From the human T2T-CHM13v2.0 reference genome, Homo sapiens, in NCBI RefSeq assembly GCF_009914755.1, contig NC_060936.1: a stretch of 64,000 nucleotides of DNA, one strand, 5' to 3'. Below, in pieces: positions 41,051 through 59,407 of this stretch. The translations under genes and the position numbers were made by a program. The notes beneath the pieces were generated by a model. The model made no database searches. It was not told the origin of the DNA and saw only the letters and a list, made by a program, of their open reading frames with translations. Each line of letters starts with the position of its first letter. The first letter of the stretch is position 1.

Positions 41051-41157
41051 TTCTGGGTGTCTTGCTTCTTTGTTCTGGGGCTAGGAGTACAAACTGGAGG
41101 TCAGATCTGGCCCTCAGAGATGTTTTACAAAATGGTATTTTTTAAAACTAGTTTTTA

Positions 41158-42888
<1,731 letters not shown>

Positions 42889-44924
42889 CTATGATAGTGA
42901 GTCTCTGTGCATCAGGCTGCAGGAGGGGTTTTTTTGTGACCTATGATGTCAGGAGAGTCCCTGAAGTGGCACTAAACATTACTCACCCATGAGCCCAGCC
43001 ATGTGGCTGTCCCAAGACAGCCCTTTTCCCTTTGTCTGGAAATCTTCCAATTGCCCCAGTTTTTCCGTATATCCTTGCAGGGAGCGTTAAACAATTACCC
43101 CCGTCTCGGTTAGGATAACTAATTGCTCCAAGCCCAGCAGGACAGCCCACTGGGATGCCTGGGCACCCCATCATGGAGTGGTGGGAGTGGGAGGTGGCAG
43201 GTCAGGGCCCAGGCCCCCATCAGCCCTGGAGCTCCTGAGTCAGCCCATTGCATGTGACATTTCAGGCGAATGGATGGCCTGTCCTCAGAGCTGGGGAGGA
43301 AGATGGGAGTCAAGAGCCAAATGGCCTGGTTTCAACTCTGGCTCCGCCTCTTAGAGCTGTGTGGCCTTGGGCAAATGCTTAAACTACACAGTGCCTCAGT
43401 TTCCCAGCCATAAAGTGGAGGCGGTAGGAATGGCATCTTGCTCACAAGGTGGTTGTAAAGATTCAAATTAAACAAAACCAAAGAATACCCTTTCAGACCC
43501 TCAGTTCATTCACAGCTCTTGAGAAGGTTGGAGGTCAGAAACCCCCAGGGTGTGGCCCCCTGTGGGACCAGGCTGGCAGGAGTGGAGTCTGGCACCACGC
43601 AAGCCACCTGAGAACCCGAGGGAGCAGGTGCCTGTGGGCTTCAGGGACTGAAGCATGTTCTGGGTCATCAGCTTTGGTGTTGACAGGGTGTCTGCCACCA
43701 CTGCCCTGGAGTGAAACAGGCAGCAACAGCGCAGCAAAATGTGGAATTCTGCACTGGGGGGCTGCGGGAAAGTGGAGGGGCTGGAGAGCAACGAGAAGGC
43801 CAGGACAGCCCCCAGGAGGAGGCGGGTTTGGATCGGGGCACAGAGGAGAGTGGAGAGCCCAGCTGGGGGCCATTGGGCAACTGTTCATCAGCTGCTAAGT
43901 ATTTATTGAGTACCTACTGTCTGCTCAATGCTATAAGCATTTATTGAGTACATATTGTGTGCTCAGAGTTGGGTGGAGGAAACACAGGAGGCCATGAAGG
44001 TACAAGTAGTGGGGTCCAGGAAGGCTTCCTGGAGGACGGGGCATCCCAACTGATGCCTGAAAGATGACAAGAGTTAGAAAGGAGAAGTAGAGGAGGAGTG
44101 CAGAAGGAACCATAGGCAGGAGGTGGAACTGGGATAAGAACCCGGGAGGAAGAAGCCCAAAGGAGGCTGGAAGTTGAGGTAGGGCAGTGGGGAGGAAGAG
44201 GGATGGAGCCAAATTGTGAAGCACCTTGGGGCATGGCAGGGAATATGCCTTTCTCCTGAGGGTACTGGGGAGCCATGGAAGGTGTGAGGCAGGGGGTTGC
44301 TGTGGTCAGTCTAGCACTTTGAGGAGGTTAGGAGGTCCCATCTGCCTGGGTAGAAGGCACACCAGAGCCCTGAGGGCAGGCCCTGAGCCTCAGGCCTCCG
44401 TGCACTCCTCCCTCCTAGTTTAGCTCCTCCCACTGAGCAGGCAGCCCCACATCCCATCACCTCCTAGAAAATGCACAAAACCAAGCCCTCCCTAGCTGAC
44501 TGGCCCTTGATGTGGTTGGTCATTCTGAAGCCCTACCTCCCCACAGCCAAGGCTTCAAGTTGTGCCGCTATGGAAACCAGGCTGCCTTTGCAGGTACCTG
44601 GGACGCTGAATGCACTCCCAATCCCAAGAGCAGGGGGCCTGGGGCAGGGAACGTCACCCAGATAGGCCAGCCAGGTGACCTTAACAATGGTGACTCCTCC
44701 CTCCAGGTCTGTTTCCCTGCCTGCACACAATGAGAGGGAGAAACAGTTAAGCTCTTTGCTGATCTGTGACCTTCTCCAGCCTCCTAGGGTATAGCTGTGA
44801 AAGTACAGGCTTTGAACTTAGCCTGGCCTGGGTTTGAATCTCCACTATCAGGTAATTCTAGAGCCCTTCCATGAAGCTTAGTTTCCTTAACTGGAAAATG
44901 GATTTGATCATCATAGCATCACTT

Positions 44925-45438
44925 TTACTAGTTGTCTATTACTGCATAAAAAACTATGCCAAGATTGAGTGGCTTAAAACAATAAGCATTTATCTGTCAT
45001 AATCTCCATGAGTCGGGAATTTGGGGATTGTATAACTGGATGATTCTGGCTGGTAGGTCTTTCAGGAGGTTACAGTTGAGCCATCACCCAGGGCTGCAGT
45101 CATCTGAAGGCTGTTCTGAGACTAAAGGGTCTGCTTCCAAGATGGCACACTTCTATGGCCCACAAGTTGGTGCTGGCTGTGGGCTTTAGTTCTCCAGGTA
45201 GGACTCTTCACAGGGCTGCTTGAGCATCCTCACAACATGGTGGCTGACTTTCCCCGGAGTAGTCACAGCGGAGGATGTAGTGTCTTCTGTGACCTCGATT
45301 TGGAAGCCCCATTGTTGCATCCAGTGCAATCTATTGGCCACATGCGCCCACCATAACTCAGTGTGGGAAAGAACCATACCAGGATGTGAATACCAGGAAG
45401 CAGGGTCACCTGGGGCCCATCTTAGAGGCTGCCACCAC
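44925..45438 (-). mobile_element. MLT1-type MaLR LTR
   Basis: GTGGCTTAAAACAATAAGCATTTAT, GGGCTGCAGTCATCTGAAGGCT, GCTTCCAAGATGGC and terminal ATCTTAGAGGCTGCCACCACA are typical of reversed MLT1. Confidence 0.7.
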
Positions 45439-45459
45439 ACTACCTTATCATTTCTTCAG

Positions 45460-45603
45460 CTGTGGCCCTAGAATCCCTTGCACCCTACTCAAAATGCAGT
45501 TTCCTGGGCCCTGCCCAAACCTACTGAGCCAGGGCCCAGGAATCTGCATTTTTAAGAAGCACTCCAGGTGATTTGGACACAAACTAAGGGTTAAGCCCCA
45601 CTG
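45460..45603. mobile_element. MER5-like hAT-Charlie DNA transposon fragment
   Basis: AAAATGCAGTTTCCTGGGCCC...GGGCCCAGGAATCTGCATTTTTAA...CCAGGTGATT internal palindrome. Confidence 0.7.
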
Positions 45604-46406
45604 ACTGTCATAGGTCTCAGAGAGACTTGTCATCCAGTTGGTTTTCTTCAGCCCCCTGGGTGTGCCAGCCCCTAGGATGGACACTGGCAAACAAGAGAAT
45701 GACAGAATAGGAGCACAGAACAGATACTCACTGGGTGTCTTACAGTCTAGAACTGTTGGATTGAAAGAAATTATAACCCACTTAACTATGCAAATATTTA
45801 TTGGGAGGATCCAGGGGAGATCTTCGAAAACCCAAAAACAGGAAGTTTAGCCAGGCTTCAATAGGTGTCGCACAGGCTATTTTGATCTTAGTTCTCTCTA
45901 AGGCCTGGCTGTTTCTCTCCCTGCCATCATGTCCCAGAAGGGTCGCTCAACCATCAGCTCTTAAGTTTAGCACTACGGATACCAAACTTAGTTCCCAGGA
46001 CCCTGATTGGCTCAGCTTGTGTCTGACCAACTCTCATCCGATCAGCTGTAGGCAAGGAGGGAAGACTCAGGGGAGCTGAGAGAGGGATGGAAGCAAAGAT
46101 TGGCTTCTCTGTGCCAGGCCCCAGGGAGGGACAGAGGGGAGGCCCCTTTCTTAAGGAGCTGCAGCCTAGAGGGCCTGGGTGCCCTGCCCTGGGATTTCTC
46201 AGCATCACAACTAGAGAAGCAATGACAGCTGTGCCCCTGGACCATGAAGAGAGGGTAGCAACCATGGCCCCGGCCCTCGGCTGCTCTCAGCTCCAGGCAC
46301 AGGGGAACCGCAAAGGCAGCTGGCCCCTGTGTCAGGAGCAGGAAATCCTCTTGGAAAAAACAAATCTATGGGCCCGCCTTTATTTTTGTTATTATTATTG
46401 TGGTAA

Positions 46407-48610
<2,204 letters not shown>

Positions 48611-49213
48611 TTAAAAAAGTCTTCATCAGAAAAGTGCAAAACCTACAGCTAGGCTTAGACAACTTATTATTTTACCATCTTCGAAGAGTTTCATGTTGAA
48701 TGCTGAGATTTTAGAAGTTGGGACAGGTAGCAGGAACTTTTTCTTTTTTTTTTTTTTTTTGAGACAGAGTTTTGCTCTTGTTGCCCAGGCTGGATAACCT
48801 CCGCCTCCCAGTTTCAAGCAATTCTCCTGCCTCAGCCTCCTGAGTAGCTGGGACTACAGGCATGCACCACCATGCCCGGCTAATTTTGTATTTTTAGTAG
48901 AGGCGGGGTTTCTCCATGTTGGTCAGGCTGGTCTCTAACTCCCGACCTCAGATGATCTGCCCCCTCAGCCTCCCAAAGTGCTGAAATTACAGGCATGAGC
49001 CACTGCACCTGGCCACAGGAACTTTTTCATAACAAAGTTTGTGCAAGGTGAGTGAGGTGAGGTCATCCGTGGAGGTGTTAGGGGGAGCAGACAGTTAGCA
49101 CCAGATCTAGCCACACAGCACATAGTGGGGACAAAGCAGCCTCACTTAGGAACATCCAAGATGCAGGGCCATAGGGGGACATGATCTTCCTTCAATATTT
49201 GTTTACTCTTTAG

Positions 49214-49742
<529 letters not shown>

Positions 49743-51169
49743 TGAGCCACTGCACCTGGCCAATGAAGAGCTCTTTATTGTGTGTGTGTTTTGGAAGGAA
49801 AAAGACTCTTCCAACTCACATCTCATTGGCCAAAATCAGGCCACATGGTCGCTCTCTGGCAGTAAAGTTTAGCTATTCCCTGAGAGCCTATGGCAGCGTA
49901 ACTGATTGCATTTGACTAAGTATTTAGGGTGCATGGATGTTTGGCAATCAGCCTAACCTCTCGCTGCAGTGTCCTGCTTGAGGGCCTCACCCTCTACCCC
50001 AAGTGGCTTCTCAGAATATTCCTTCTGACCACATACAGTGCCCCCTTAGACTTGTGCCCTGAACACCTCCCCTGGGTCCGGAGGAATCACTGACATATCA
50101 GCAGTTGGATGTCCAGCATTTTGCTGTTGACCCTCCCTCTTGGAGCTGTTTTTCTCTCCCGCTATTTCCCCTACTCTTTGCCCCATGCTGTACGGTGGCC
50201 GCGGTCACAAATGCCACAGGCAGTGCCCTGACTCAGCTTGTGTGGGGAGCCACTTCCCCAGCCTCCATCTGTCAGCTGTGGTCCCACAAGAGATGGAAAA
50301 AATTATTCAGCATGCACTAGATGCTCACAAGGGCCATGATTCCCTGATCTTCATACTTTTCATTTCTTGAACTTGAACAACGAGGACTTTAGGTTGCTCA
50401 CGCTAAGCCACATGTTCCTAAATGTACAGGATTTTTCTAGGCTGGCAAGGGAGACCTGTGACCCAAGCTGAGTCCACGTGAAGAGGACCTAGGGCTTAAG
50501 TCCATCATGCTAGGCCACCTTGAGCCAGCCCCTTCTGTGAACCCATTAACCCAGTAGACAGACTCAATCAGTCAGAGAGCGGATACATGGCATGAGCACC
50601 ACTACCAGCCACATGGTGCTCACGGCAGATTTTACTAATCAATCACAGACTCTTTCCCTCTGAACTTGCATTGGTGCTAGAATCCTCTTCACTCCAGCTC
50701 CCTCCACAGCCTCCATGAACTTATCAGTGAGAAGCACGCAGTTTCGACTCTTCCATCTGCCATCCTGATCAGGATTGTTAATGTCCCTCCCAACTCTCAG
50801 GTCTTCAGCCCAGTTAGCTTTCAAATCTTTGGCTTCTCCCTGCCTTCTCTACCTTCTGAAAAGGAACTTTGGGCTCCGTTTTCCCTCATATTCCTCCTGA
50901 AGACTCTGTCCTGTCACGGGATTTCAGAGATTTACATCCCTGCTCTTATACTCTCTAGCTATGTGGCTTTGGCAAGTTTCATAACCTCAGTGAGCCTGTT
51001 TCCACATCTGTAAAACGGGACCAGCATCTGCCTTGAGAAGTGAGAACGTGCCTGGCAGGGCACCAGCCATGTGGGACCACACACTAGTCCCTGCCCTTGC
51101 ACAGCCTGCTCTGGGCTCTGCCAGGGAAATCAATCAAGGATTTTGATGGGGAAAAAAAATGACACAATC

Positions 51170-53173
51170 AGCCATTACTTGACAAAATTTTACTTTAGCC
51201 CTTGCATCTCCCTGCCAGGCTGCCGGACAGCTCCCCCGACACCCAACCCAGGAGGCAGCCTGATCCCACCTTGTGCTTTGGTAGGGGACATCCCTCACCC
51301 CTCTCTCCCAGGAGACCAGGGCCAACGTACCTTGAGAGTCTGTAAACCTACGCCAGGACTGGGGTTAACACCCCAGCCCACCAGCTGAGTCTGCCAGGAC
51401 ACGGGGCTCTGGGAAGCTCTGAACCCCTCCCATGCCCCAGATCCTGTGCCACCCACACCCACACCACTCAGGACTCTGGAAGGAGGTGAGCGGGGACCAT
51501 ACCAAGACCCCAGAGGTGCCTGTGGAGAGCAGGGCTTGCTGGGGGGAAGACAATGAAGCAGCCAAGGATCCCTCTCGAGGGGCTCTGTCTCTGGCTGTGC
51601 TTCTCCAGCCCAAGCTGCCCCTCTCCCCGGGGGCAGTGACAACTGTTCCCCCAGAGCAAGTCCAGAGTCACAGACCGTATCCCCTCCCACCAGCAAACAG
51701 GAAACTAAAGCAGTGAAAACATCAAGCTTTGTTGCCAGAGAAAAAAAAATGAACCCTAAGTATTTAAAATTCAGACGGAAGTCCCAGCCCACCGGGCCAG
51801 CCGTGAGCTGCAGAGGCCTTGATTGCAGACACACACCCCTCCATATTTCCCCAAGCTCAAGGGTCTCCAGAGACAGAAGGAAGGGGTTTTGGGCTGAGTC
51901 TGTCACCAAGAGGCAGCGTTTGGGAAAATCAAGGTCAGGGTGGAGGTGTCCTCAGGGGGCCACCGGTGTGGGGCACTGAGGACTGTAAACATGACCCAGG
52001 GTGAGGGCCAGGAGGTGTCCCAGCCCCGAGGTTCTCCCTGGATGAAAAATGGGCACTGTGGTGAGAAGAAAGGGGACCGGCGGTCAGCCCCGAAGCCAAG
52101 CAAGACCTGGTCCCCACCAGGAGTATGGGGGTGGGGGCTGAGCTCAGGAGGGGACATGTTAGAGGGGGCTGCCTGGAGCTGAAGAGGGGCTCTGGAAGCC
52201 ACACTCGGTGTGCGGCTTTTTCTCCGCCACTAGGTCAGCACCTGGGCCTTCCTAGGCGGTGAGTCAGCTGGTGGCCTCCCCTCCCTGGGGGAACCTGCTA
52301 GAAGGTCACCTCGGGCCATGGCTACCCAGCCCAGGAAGGGAGGTCAGGCAAGCTCCCAAGGGGCCCCAGGCCTAGGGGCCAAGACTGAAGGATGCAGTCA
52401 AGGAGTGTCTGGAGAGCCCTGTGAGAGCCACCACGGAGACACAGACAGGGCCCGCGGCCAGAGAGCCACTGCCACCAGGAGCACCACCATGAGGCCTGGC
52501 AGGGGACTTTTGGCAGAGTCCTGCCTCAGCCAGCCCAGGCCAGGAGCCCCGAGGACCAGGCCACCTCACCCTTCCGGTCCTGCACTAACACCTGCACCTG
52601 TGTCCCCAGTCACTACCCTCCCAGCCACCGTCCTGCTCCTGGAGGCAGGCAGGCACAGAGCCAGGCCAGCTCCTCTGGCAGGTCCCGGAGCAAGGCCAGG
52701 CCCAGGTGTGGCTGCCATGACCGATCCTCCCTCTGTCCACCCTGAAGGCCTGGTCAGGAGCTGCACTAACTGTGCATTTGCTTTTCAGGCCACAGATCGC
52801 CCTCAGTCCCAGTGACCCTCTGAGCTGCAGGCCCGGCAATGCCTGTTGCCAGCACAGGCCTCTGCCCGGCAGCTCAGGCCAGCCTGGGGCCGGAGTTCTC
52901 AGGAAACCTCCCCCTCAGGCCCTGGATTCTCCTTAGTGTTGCACGTGACATTCCCCTCAAGGGTAGGCCTTCTGGGTCACATGGTCCTAAAGGCCCACTC
53001 AGAATCCAGCACCTTCTCAGAGCCTGCATCCCCCAAAACCAGGCCACTCAGGGCCTGGGGGCCAGCCTTGCCCATGATTTCCCTCAGGATCTGCTCCCCC
53101 AGTCTCTCCAGGACCCGGCCTGTCCCAGAGGGCATAGAGCTTGTGTCCCCCTAAAACAGGCGCCCTGGTGGCC
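51170..53173 (-). other. PHETA1: PHETA1 3'UTR (3' end inferred)
   Basis: Alu-free ~2 kb after the stop. Variant signal AGTAAA (plus 51189-51194) followed on the minus strand by a GT/T-rich element. Confidence 0.55.
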
Positions 53174-53923
53174 TCAGGGCTGGACCCGGCTGCTGAGCCA
53201 CTGGCCACGCAGGGCCCGGATCTCCTGGCCATAGCACTCGTGCAGCCGGGCGAAGGGGGCCATGTCCAGGGGCCCGTGGGGTGCCGAGGCCCGGCGGCGA
53301 GGCGGTGGTGGAGGGGGCTCGGGTCCAGGCCTGAAGGTGGCCTCAGTGCTCCAGACAGCGCAGCCATTCTCCTTGGGCGGGAGGGCACTGGGCCGGCGGG
53401 GCAGGGGCAGGGCTGGGACCGGGGCTGGGGCAGAAGGCAGGGATGGGACTGGGGCCAGGGCAGAGGGCAGGGACGGGGGCAAGGGCAGGGACTGGGGCTG
53501 GGGCTGGGGCAGGGCCATGCCACCCCCGCCACGTACAGCCGCCAGCTGCTGCTCCAGCTCGCGCACCACCAGCCGCAGGTAGTCGAAGCTGGCACGCGAC
53601 AGGGCCTTGACCCAGCCCTCCATGGCATCCTGACTCTCAGCGGCCAGCACGTAGGTGCGCGCCCGGGTCCCCGCAAAGCGCACAGCGAAGGCGAACTCCT
53701 CGGCGGCCTCCACCAGCTCCACAGTGCAGCCCTCCAGGATGATGACGCCCACGGGCTCACGGCTGGCAGCGTCCTCGAAGTAGAAGAGCATGTTCCCGCG
53801 CAGCACGAACCAGCGCCGGTGGTAGGCCGCGTGCCGCCCACCCTTCTTGTACAGGAAGCCTGCATTGTCCACCGGGGCGTCACAGGTGGCGTAGAAGGCC
53901 AGGCTGCGCTCGTTCAGCTTCAT
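53174..53923 (-). CDS. PHETA1: PH domain-containing endocytic trafficking adaptor 1 (FAM109A/Sesquipedalian-1/IPIP27A), 249 aa, single coding exon
   Basis: Kozak GCCACCATG. N-terminal PH domain (GFLYKKG...[15 protein letters not shown]...MEGWVKAL), coiled coil, Pro-rich region and C-terminal F&H motif [12 protein letters not shown] (OCRL/INPP5B binding). Confidence 0.96.
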   Translation of the reverse strand: MKLNERSLAFYATCDAPVDNAGFLYKKGGRHAAYHRRWFVLRGNMLFYFEDAASREPVGVIILEGCTVELVEAAEEFAFAVRFAGTRARTYVLAAESQDAMEGWVKALSRASFDYLRLVVRELEQQLAAVRGGGGMALPQPQPQSLPLPPSLPSALAPVPSLPSAPAPVPALPLPRRPSALPPKENGCAVWSTEATFRPGPEPPPPPPRRRASAPHGPLDMAPFARLHECYGQEIRALRGQWLSSRVQP

Positions 53924-53959
53924 GGTGGCAATCGCGGGGCCTGGAGGGGAGCCTGGGGC
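53924..53959 (-). other. PHETA1: PHETA1 5'UTR part of the coding exon (acceptor at 53960/53959)
   Basis: Minus strand CTTCTATGGGGTCCAG|GCCCCAGGCTCCCCTCCAGGCCCCGCGATTGCCACC-ATG. Two other CAGs nearer the ATG are alternative acceptors. Confidence 0.55.
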
Positions 53960-54610
53960 CTGGACCCCATAGAAGGGCTGTTATGCACAAGGCCACTGAC
54001 GCTAGGTCACCCAGTGCCCCAAGGGGACCTTGCAGCCACTCTACATCCCCGTTTCACAGATGAGGAAACTGACGCTCATAGGGTGGAAGCAGCTGGCCTA
54101 TGCGCCCACAACTCCTAAGAAGCAGAGACAGGACTGGAACCTGGGTCTCACGGGCCTCCCCAGACAGCCTCATAACCTCCTACCCTCCTGTATCCCTGAA
54201 ATAATGTTGTGAGTTCCTGCTGCATGCCAGACATTTCAGAGGAATGAACTCACTTTATCTCACAATAGACCTTAGGTCACAGGGACTGGCCTGGCACCAG
54301 TGCAACAGATGAGGAAACAGAGGCACAGAGAGGTTAACTGCTTCCCTGGTGTCACAAAGCAGGTTGGGCAGGGCTGAAATCCAAACCCAGGCCTCATTTC
54401 AGGCGCTGCTGTTTCCATCATCCCAAGAACAAGACCAGCTGGCCTTCTGCAGTCCCTGCCAGGTCCCAGCCCTGACTTTGTGGTTCGACTTTGGTTTGTT
54501 CATCCATGAAATGGATGAGCAGAACCAACTTTGGAGAGTTGTAGAGATTGATTTCATTCATAAAATGTTTATTAAGCATCTACTGGGTGCCAGGCATTGT
54601 TCCAGGCCTA

Positions 54611-55473
<863 letters not shown>

Positions 55474-56001
55474 TTACAGGAAGGAGGGGCAGGGGGTCGA
55501 CCCGTGCCATTTAGCATAGAGGACTCTAACTCCATGCCATCGGCCACAGTGACCCCATCCACCTTCCCCCAAGGAGTATATGATGGGGCAACGCTGGCCA
55601 GGAAGGACTTGTCGGGAGGTGGCATCTGCGTCCCTGGCCTGGCCACCTTCCCTTGGGGTTTTCCATGGCCATTTTGAGAGCCTGCCTTATCTCCCACTGC
55701 AGAGCCTCAGCCTGCATAGGATGGTAGCTACATTTTTCAAGAAGCAAAGGATATAAAGTCCTGGTACGCAGTAGGCACTCAGTGTTCATTCCCCTGCCTG
55801 GGTGGTGTCTTTCTCAGAGCCTGGTGGAATGAGGTCAGGGTGGTGGCTCTCCTGGGAGCAGGTGACCGCAGTGAGGCCCTGCCAGACTACCTGTCCTAGG
55901 GTGGAGGGGGTTGTCCTTGCCACCTCCTGTCAGCCACATAGGCAGTCAGGGAAGGCTTCCTAGAAGACGGAACATGAGTTGTGACTTAGAAACTGAGATC
56001 A

Positions 56002-56386
56002 ACCAACCCAAATGCCCATCAATGATAGACTGAATAAAGGAAATGTGGTACATACACACCATGGAAAACTATCCAGCCATAAAAAGGAATGAGATCATGT
56101 CCTTTGCGGGGAAATAGATGGAGCTGGAAGCCATCATCCTCAGCAAACTAACACAGGAACAGAAAACCAAATACCGCATGTTCTTACTCATAAGTGGGAG
56201 TTGAACAATGAGACACATGGACACAGGGAGGGGCAGAACACATATCGGGGCCTGTTGGGGGATCGGGGGTGAGGGGAGGGAACTTAGAGAACGGGTCAAT
56301 GGTGCAGCAAGCCACCATGGCACACGTATACCTATGTGACAAGCCTGCATGTTCTGCACATGTATCATGGAACTTAAAATAAAAAA
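56002..56386 (+). mobile_element. 5'-truncated primate L1 (L1PA-type 3' end) with target-site duplication
   Basis: ORF2 C-terminal and 3'UTR sequence (CCCAAATGCCCATCAATGATAGACTG...ACTCATAAGTGGGAGTTGAACAATGAG...GAACTTAAAATAAAA). TSD AGAAACTGAGRTCA at 55988-56001 and 56387-56400; TT/AGAAA endonuclease-type site. Confidence 0.9.
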
Positions 56387-56608
56387 AGAAACTGAGGTCA
56401 GTTTGTCCTGACCTAGTGGGAGGCCAAGGCCAGAGCCCCCAAAGTCTCCAGGTGTTGAATCCCCACCCTGCCTCTCAGCTACAGCTGTCCCTCTCTAAGC
56501 CGCAGGGATTCACGCATTCCCCACACCACCACCCATCAACTCCCATGTGGATGCTGGCCCCGGTTCTCACAGGACCCTCCCGCCCTGCTTGCCCAGTTCC
56601 GCTCCTAC

Positions 56609-56753
56609 CTCTCAGGCCACCACTTGCCTCCCTGCCCTCTGCTCAGCTCCAGCCTCAGCTCGCTCTTCTCTGGATTCAAATGTCAGCTCTGCAGCATCTG
56701 GGCTGGGGGACCCCAGGCAGGCTATTCATCTCTCTGGGCCTCTGTTTCTGCAT
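56609..56753 (-). other. PHETA1: PHETA1 internal 5'UTR exon, 145 nt, with a MIR-derived acceptor
   Basis: Minus strand acceptor CCCATTTTACAG|ATG inside a MIR core and donor GAG|GTAGGA. Confidence 0.6.
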
Positions 56754-59407
56754 CTGTAAAATGGGATCGTAACAGTGCCTAAGTCAGGGCTGTTGTGACA
56801 ATGATACAGTGACTATATGGACTTTGCGGAGCATGGGGCCAGGCACACAGTGCCTGCTGAGCGCGGTTGCAGTTCACATTTTTCTTGGCTTTTCCCCAAA
56901 CATCCCTGTGTTGTGCTTCCGATCTCAGCAAATGGCCCTTGGTTTCCCTCTCACCCCCGCATCTGATCGCACATCAAGTCCAGTTGATCCCCCTCTCCAG
57001 CGTCTTCCAAATCAGTTGCCTAATCTGTCCACTCCACCTCCCCATTCTAGGCCCCATCACCATTCACTGGGATGGCTGCTGTAGCCTCCTCATAAGTCTC
57101 CTTGCCCCTCCCTGTCCATGTTCCTCAAGGTAAGATCCAAGCCTCCTTCCTAAGCTCTTCTCCGAGCCACACTGAAATCCACTTCCCACAGATGGATCCT
57201 GTGAAAATTAAGTCCAATCACACTCCTCCTCTGCTCTAAACCCTCCCATGGCTCCCTACTTCTCTCAGCATAAAATTAAATCCTTAGGCAGGGTGCGGTG
57301 GCTCACACCTGTAATGCTGGCACTTTGGGAGGCTGAGGGGGTAGGATTGCTTGAGTTAGAGACCAGCCTGGACAACATAGCAAGACCCTATCTCTATAAA
57401 AAATAGAAAAAAAAATAGCTGGGCATGGTGATACAAGCCTCTAGTCCTAGCTATCTGGGAGGCTAACATGGAAGGACCCCTTGAACTTGGGGGGTGACAT
57501 AGTGAGATTCTGTCTCAAAAAAAAAAAAAAAAAAATCCAAGCCTCCCTTGGCTTCCAAGTTCCCTTTCCCTACCTCTTTCCCCCTTGTTCACTCAGCTCC
57601 AGCCATCCTGGCCTCCTTTCTGTTCCTCAAATACACCAGACACATCCCCACCTCCAAGACTTGGTCCCGGCTGTCTGCCTGCAGGTCTTCACAAGGCCAG
57701 CTCCCCATCCTTTGGTCTCAGCCTAGCTGTCACCTCCTCAGAGAGGTGGTCCCTGGCCACCCTATGCACAAGAGGCCCCCCAGTCCCTCTCCTGTGCCTC
57801 CACCTGAAATTAATACCTGGGTCATTTCTGCCTGCAGGGGCGTTTGTGGTCTGAATTCTAGTGCCTGGCATGCAGTAGGTACTCACACAGCTGTTTGATT
57901 CATTCTGCAGTATCTTCTGAAACCTTTCAACAGCCCCAAGACAAGGGATCTCACCCCACATTCACAGATGTGGAAATGGACACAGGGAGATTCAATAAGT
58001 TGGCTAGAGGCATACAACTGTGCCCAGAATCACATGCTCCAGGCAAGCCACCCAAATAAAGGGGCTGATCTTGGGGTCTCTCCACCCCATCAAGGCCAAA
58101 GGAATAGCAACTTCCCTCCTGCTCAGCAACCCTCCTCCCCCGACTGCCTAGATAGAGGCCAAACTGGTTCAAGGTCACCAGCAGGCACAGGACCCAGCTC
58201 TGCCCATGACCCCTGCCTCCACCAGAACTGGGAAGACAGGAAGCTGCAGGGGCACAGGCGCCAGCCTTGCCTGGAGCGAAGGCCTGGCCCCTGCCTTATC
58301 TCCCCACACTGTTTTCCAAGAAGTTCAGAGTCCACTGTGGGCACTGCTGCTGATTCAACAGCCCATGGCCAGACAGGAAGCTGGAGGGAGCCTGGCCCAG
58401 CTCTGCTCCCAAGGCAAAGTTCCTGCCTCCGCAGGTCCAGGCTGGAGGACCTTGGACAAGTCGTTTCACCTTTCCAAGTCTCAGTGTCCTCATCTGTTAA
58501 ATTGGGCTGTGTGGCGAGGGTTCATGAGCTAAAAGAAGGAAAACCCACTGGCAAACTATGGGAAATGGATTGCAAATATTAGCTGCTGTGAGTCGGAGTT
58601 TTTTCTCAGCCTCATCTGCAAAATGGTGACGTTAACTTCCATCCCTCTAAGGGCTGAGTGAATTGACTCCTGAAGAGTCATTTTGCAAAATACTTGGTGG
58701 GTAGTGAGCTTTCAGGGAAAGAGCTGTCAAAAAGGCAAATAATTCATCCAAGATCTCCAGGGGCACAGCTGGCCCCGGAACCCAGGTCTCCTGGGAGACT
58801 GAAGCATGGCATTTTGGCACTCACATCAACGAAAAGAAGCCAGTACCGCAGGTCCTGGGGTTGAATCCAGCTGCCCTCAGTGTCCCCCAGCAGCGGGCGT
58901 GGGGAAGAGGGTGTGGCAGGCACAGGCTGAAAAACATGTGTGCCAAGAACACTAAAGAGCAGCCTGGCCGTCACCGCCCCAGCAGGGACCCCAGAGACAC
59001 GCCAGCACCGCCGTCCAGACACAGGCAGCCCCCTTGTCCACGGCAGGGGCTGCTGCTCCAGGTGTGGCCCTGCTCCCGGCTGCTCTCTGTCCCTTTGTGT
59101 GTTGTGCGTGGGAGCTCTCTTAAGTTCCTTAAAGGACAGCCAGAGCCCCAGATGGGTGATCAGCGGCAGAATGGGGGGCTTATCCGCAGTCCCCACCAGC
59201 GGCAGACGTCCCTATGGGCTGAGAGAGGGGAGGGTGGTCATTGGCCAAGTTCGCCTCGGCAGCTGGAGAAGTCACCACTGGTGCGGAGTCCCAGCGGGGA
59301 AGATCCCCGCAACGCGCTCTCCAGGTGGCCGGGGGACCCCGAGGCCCAGGGCGGCCCGACCCGGGTCCCATGTCCTCGTGCATGTCCCCCCGCCAGGCCC
59401 GCCTTAC

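Noticed and set aside
53158-53173. Second CTCF motif (GGCCACCAGGGCGCC on minus)
   Set aside because: The G-run spacing departs from the core consensus; too weak to call.
53141-54118. 325-aa plus-strand ORF
   Set aside because: Antisense shadow of the GC-rich PHETA1 CDS; non-ATG start and no domain.
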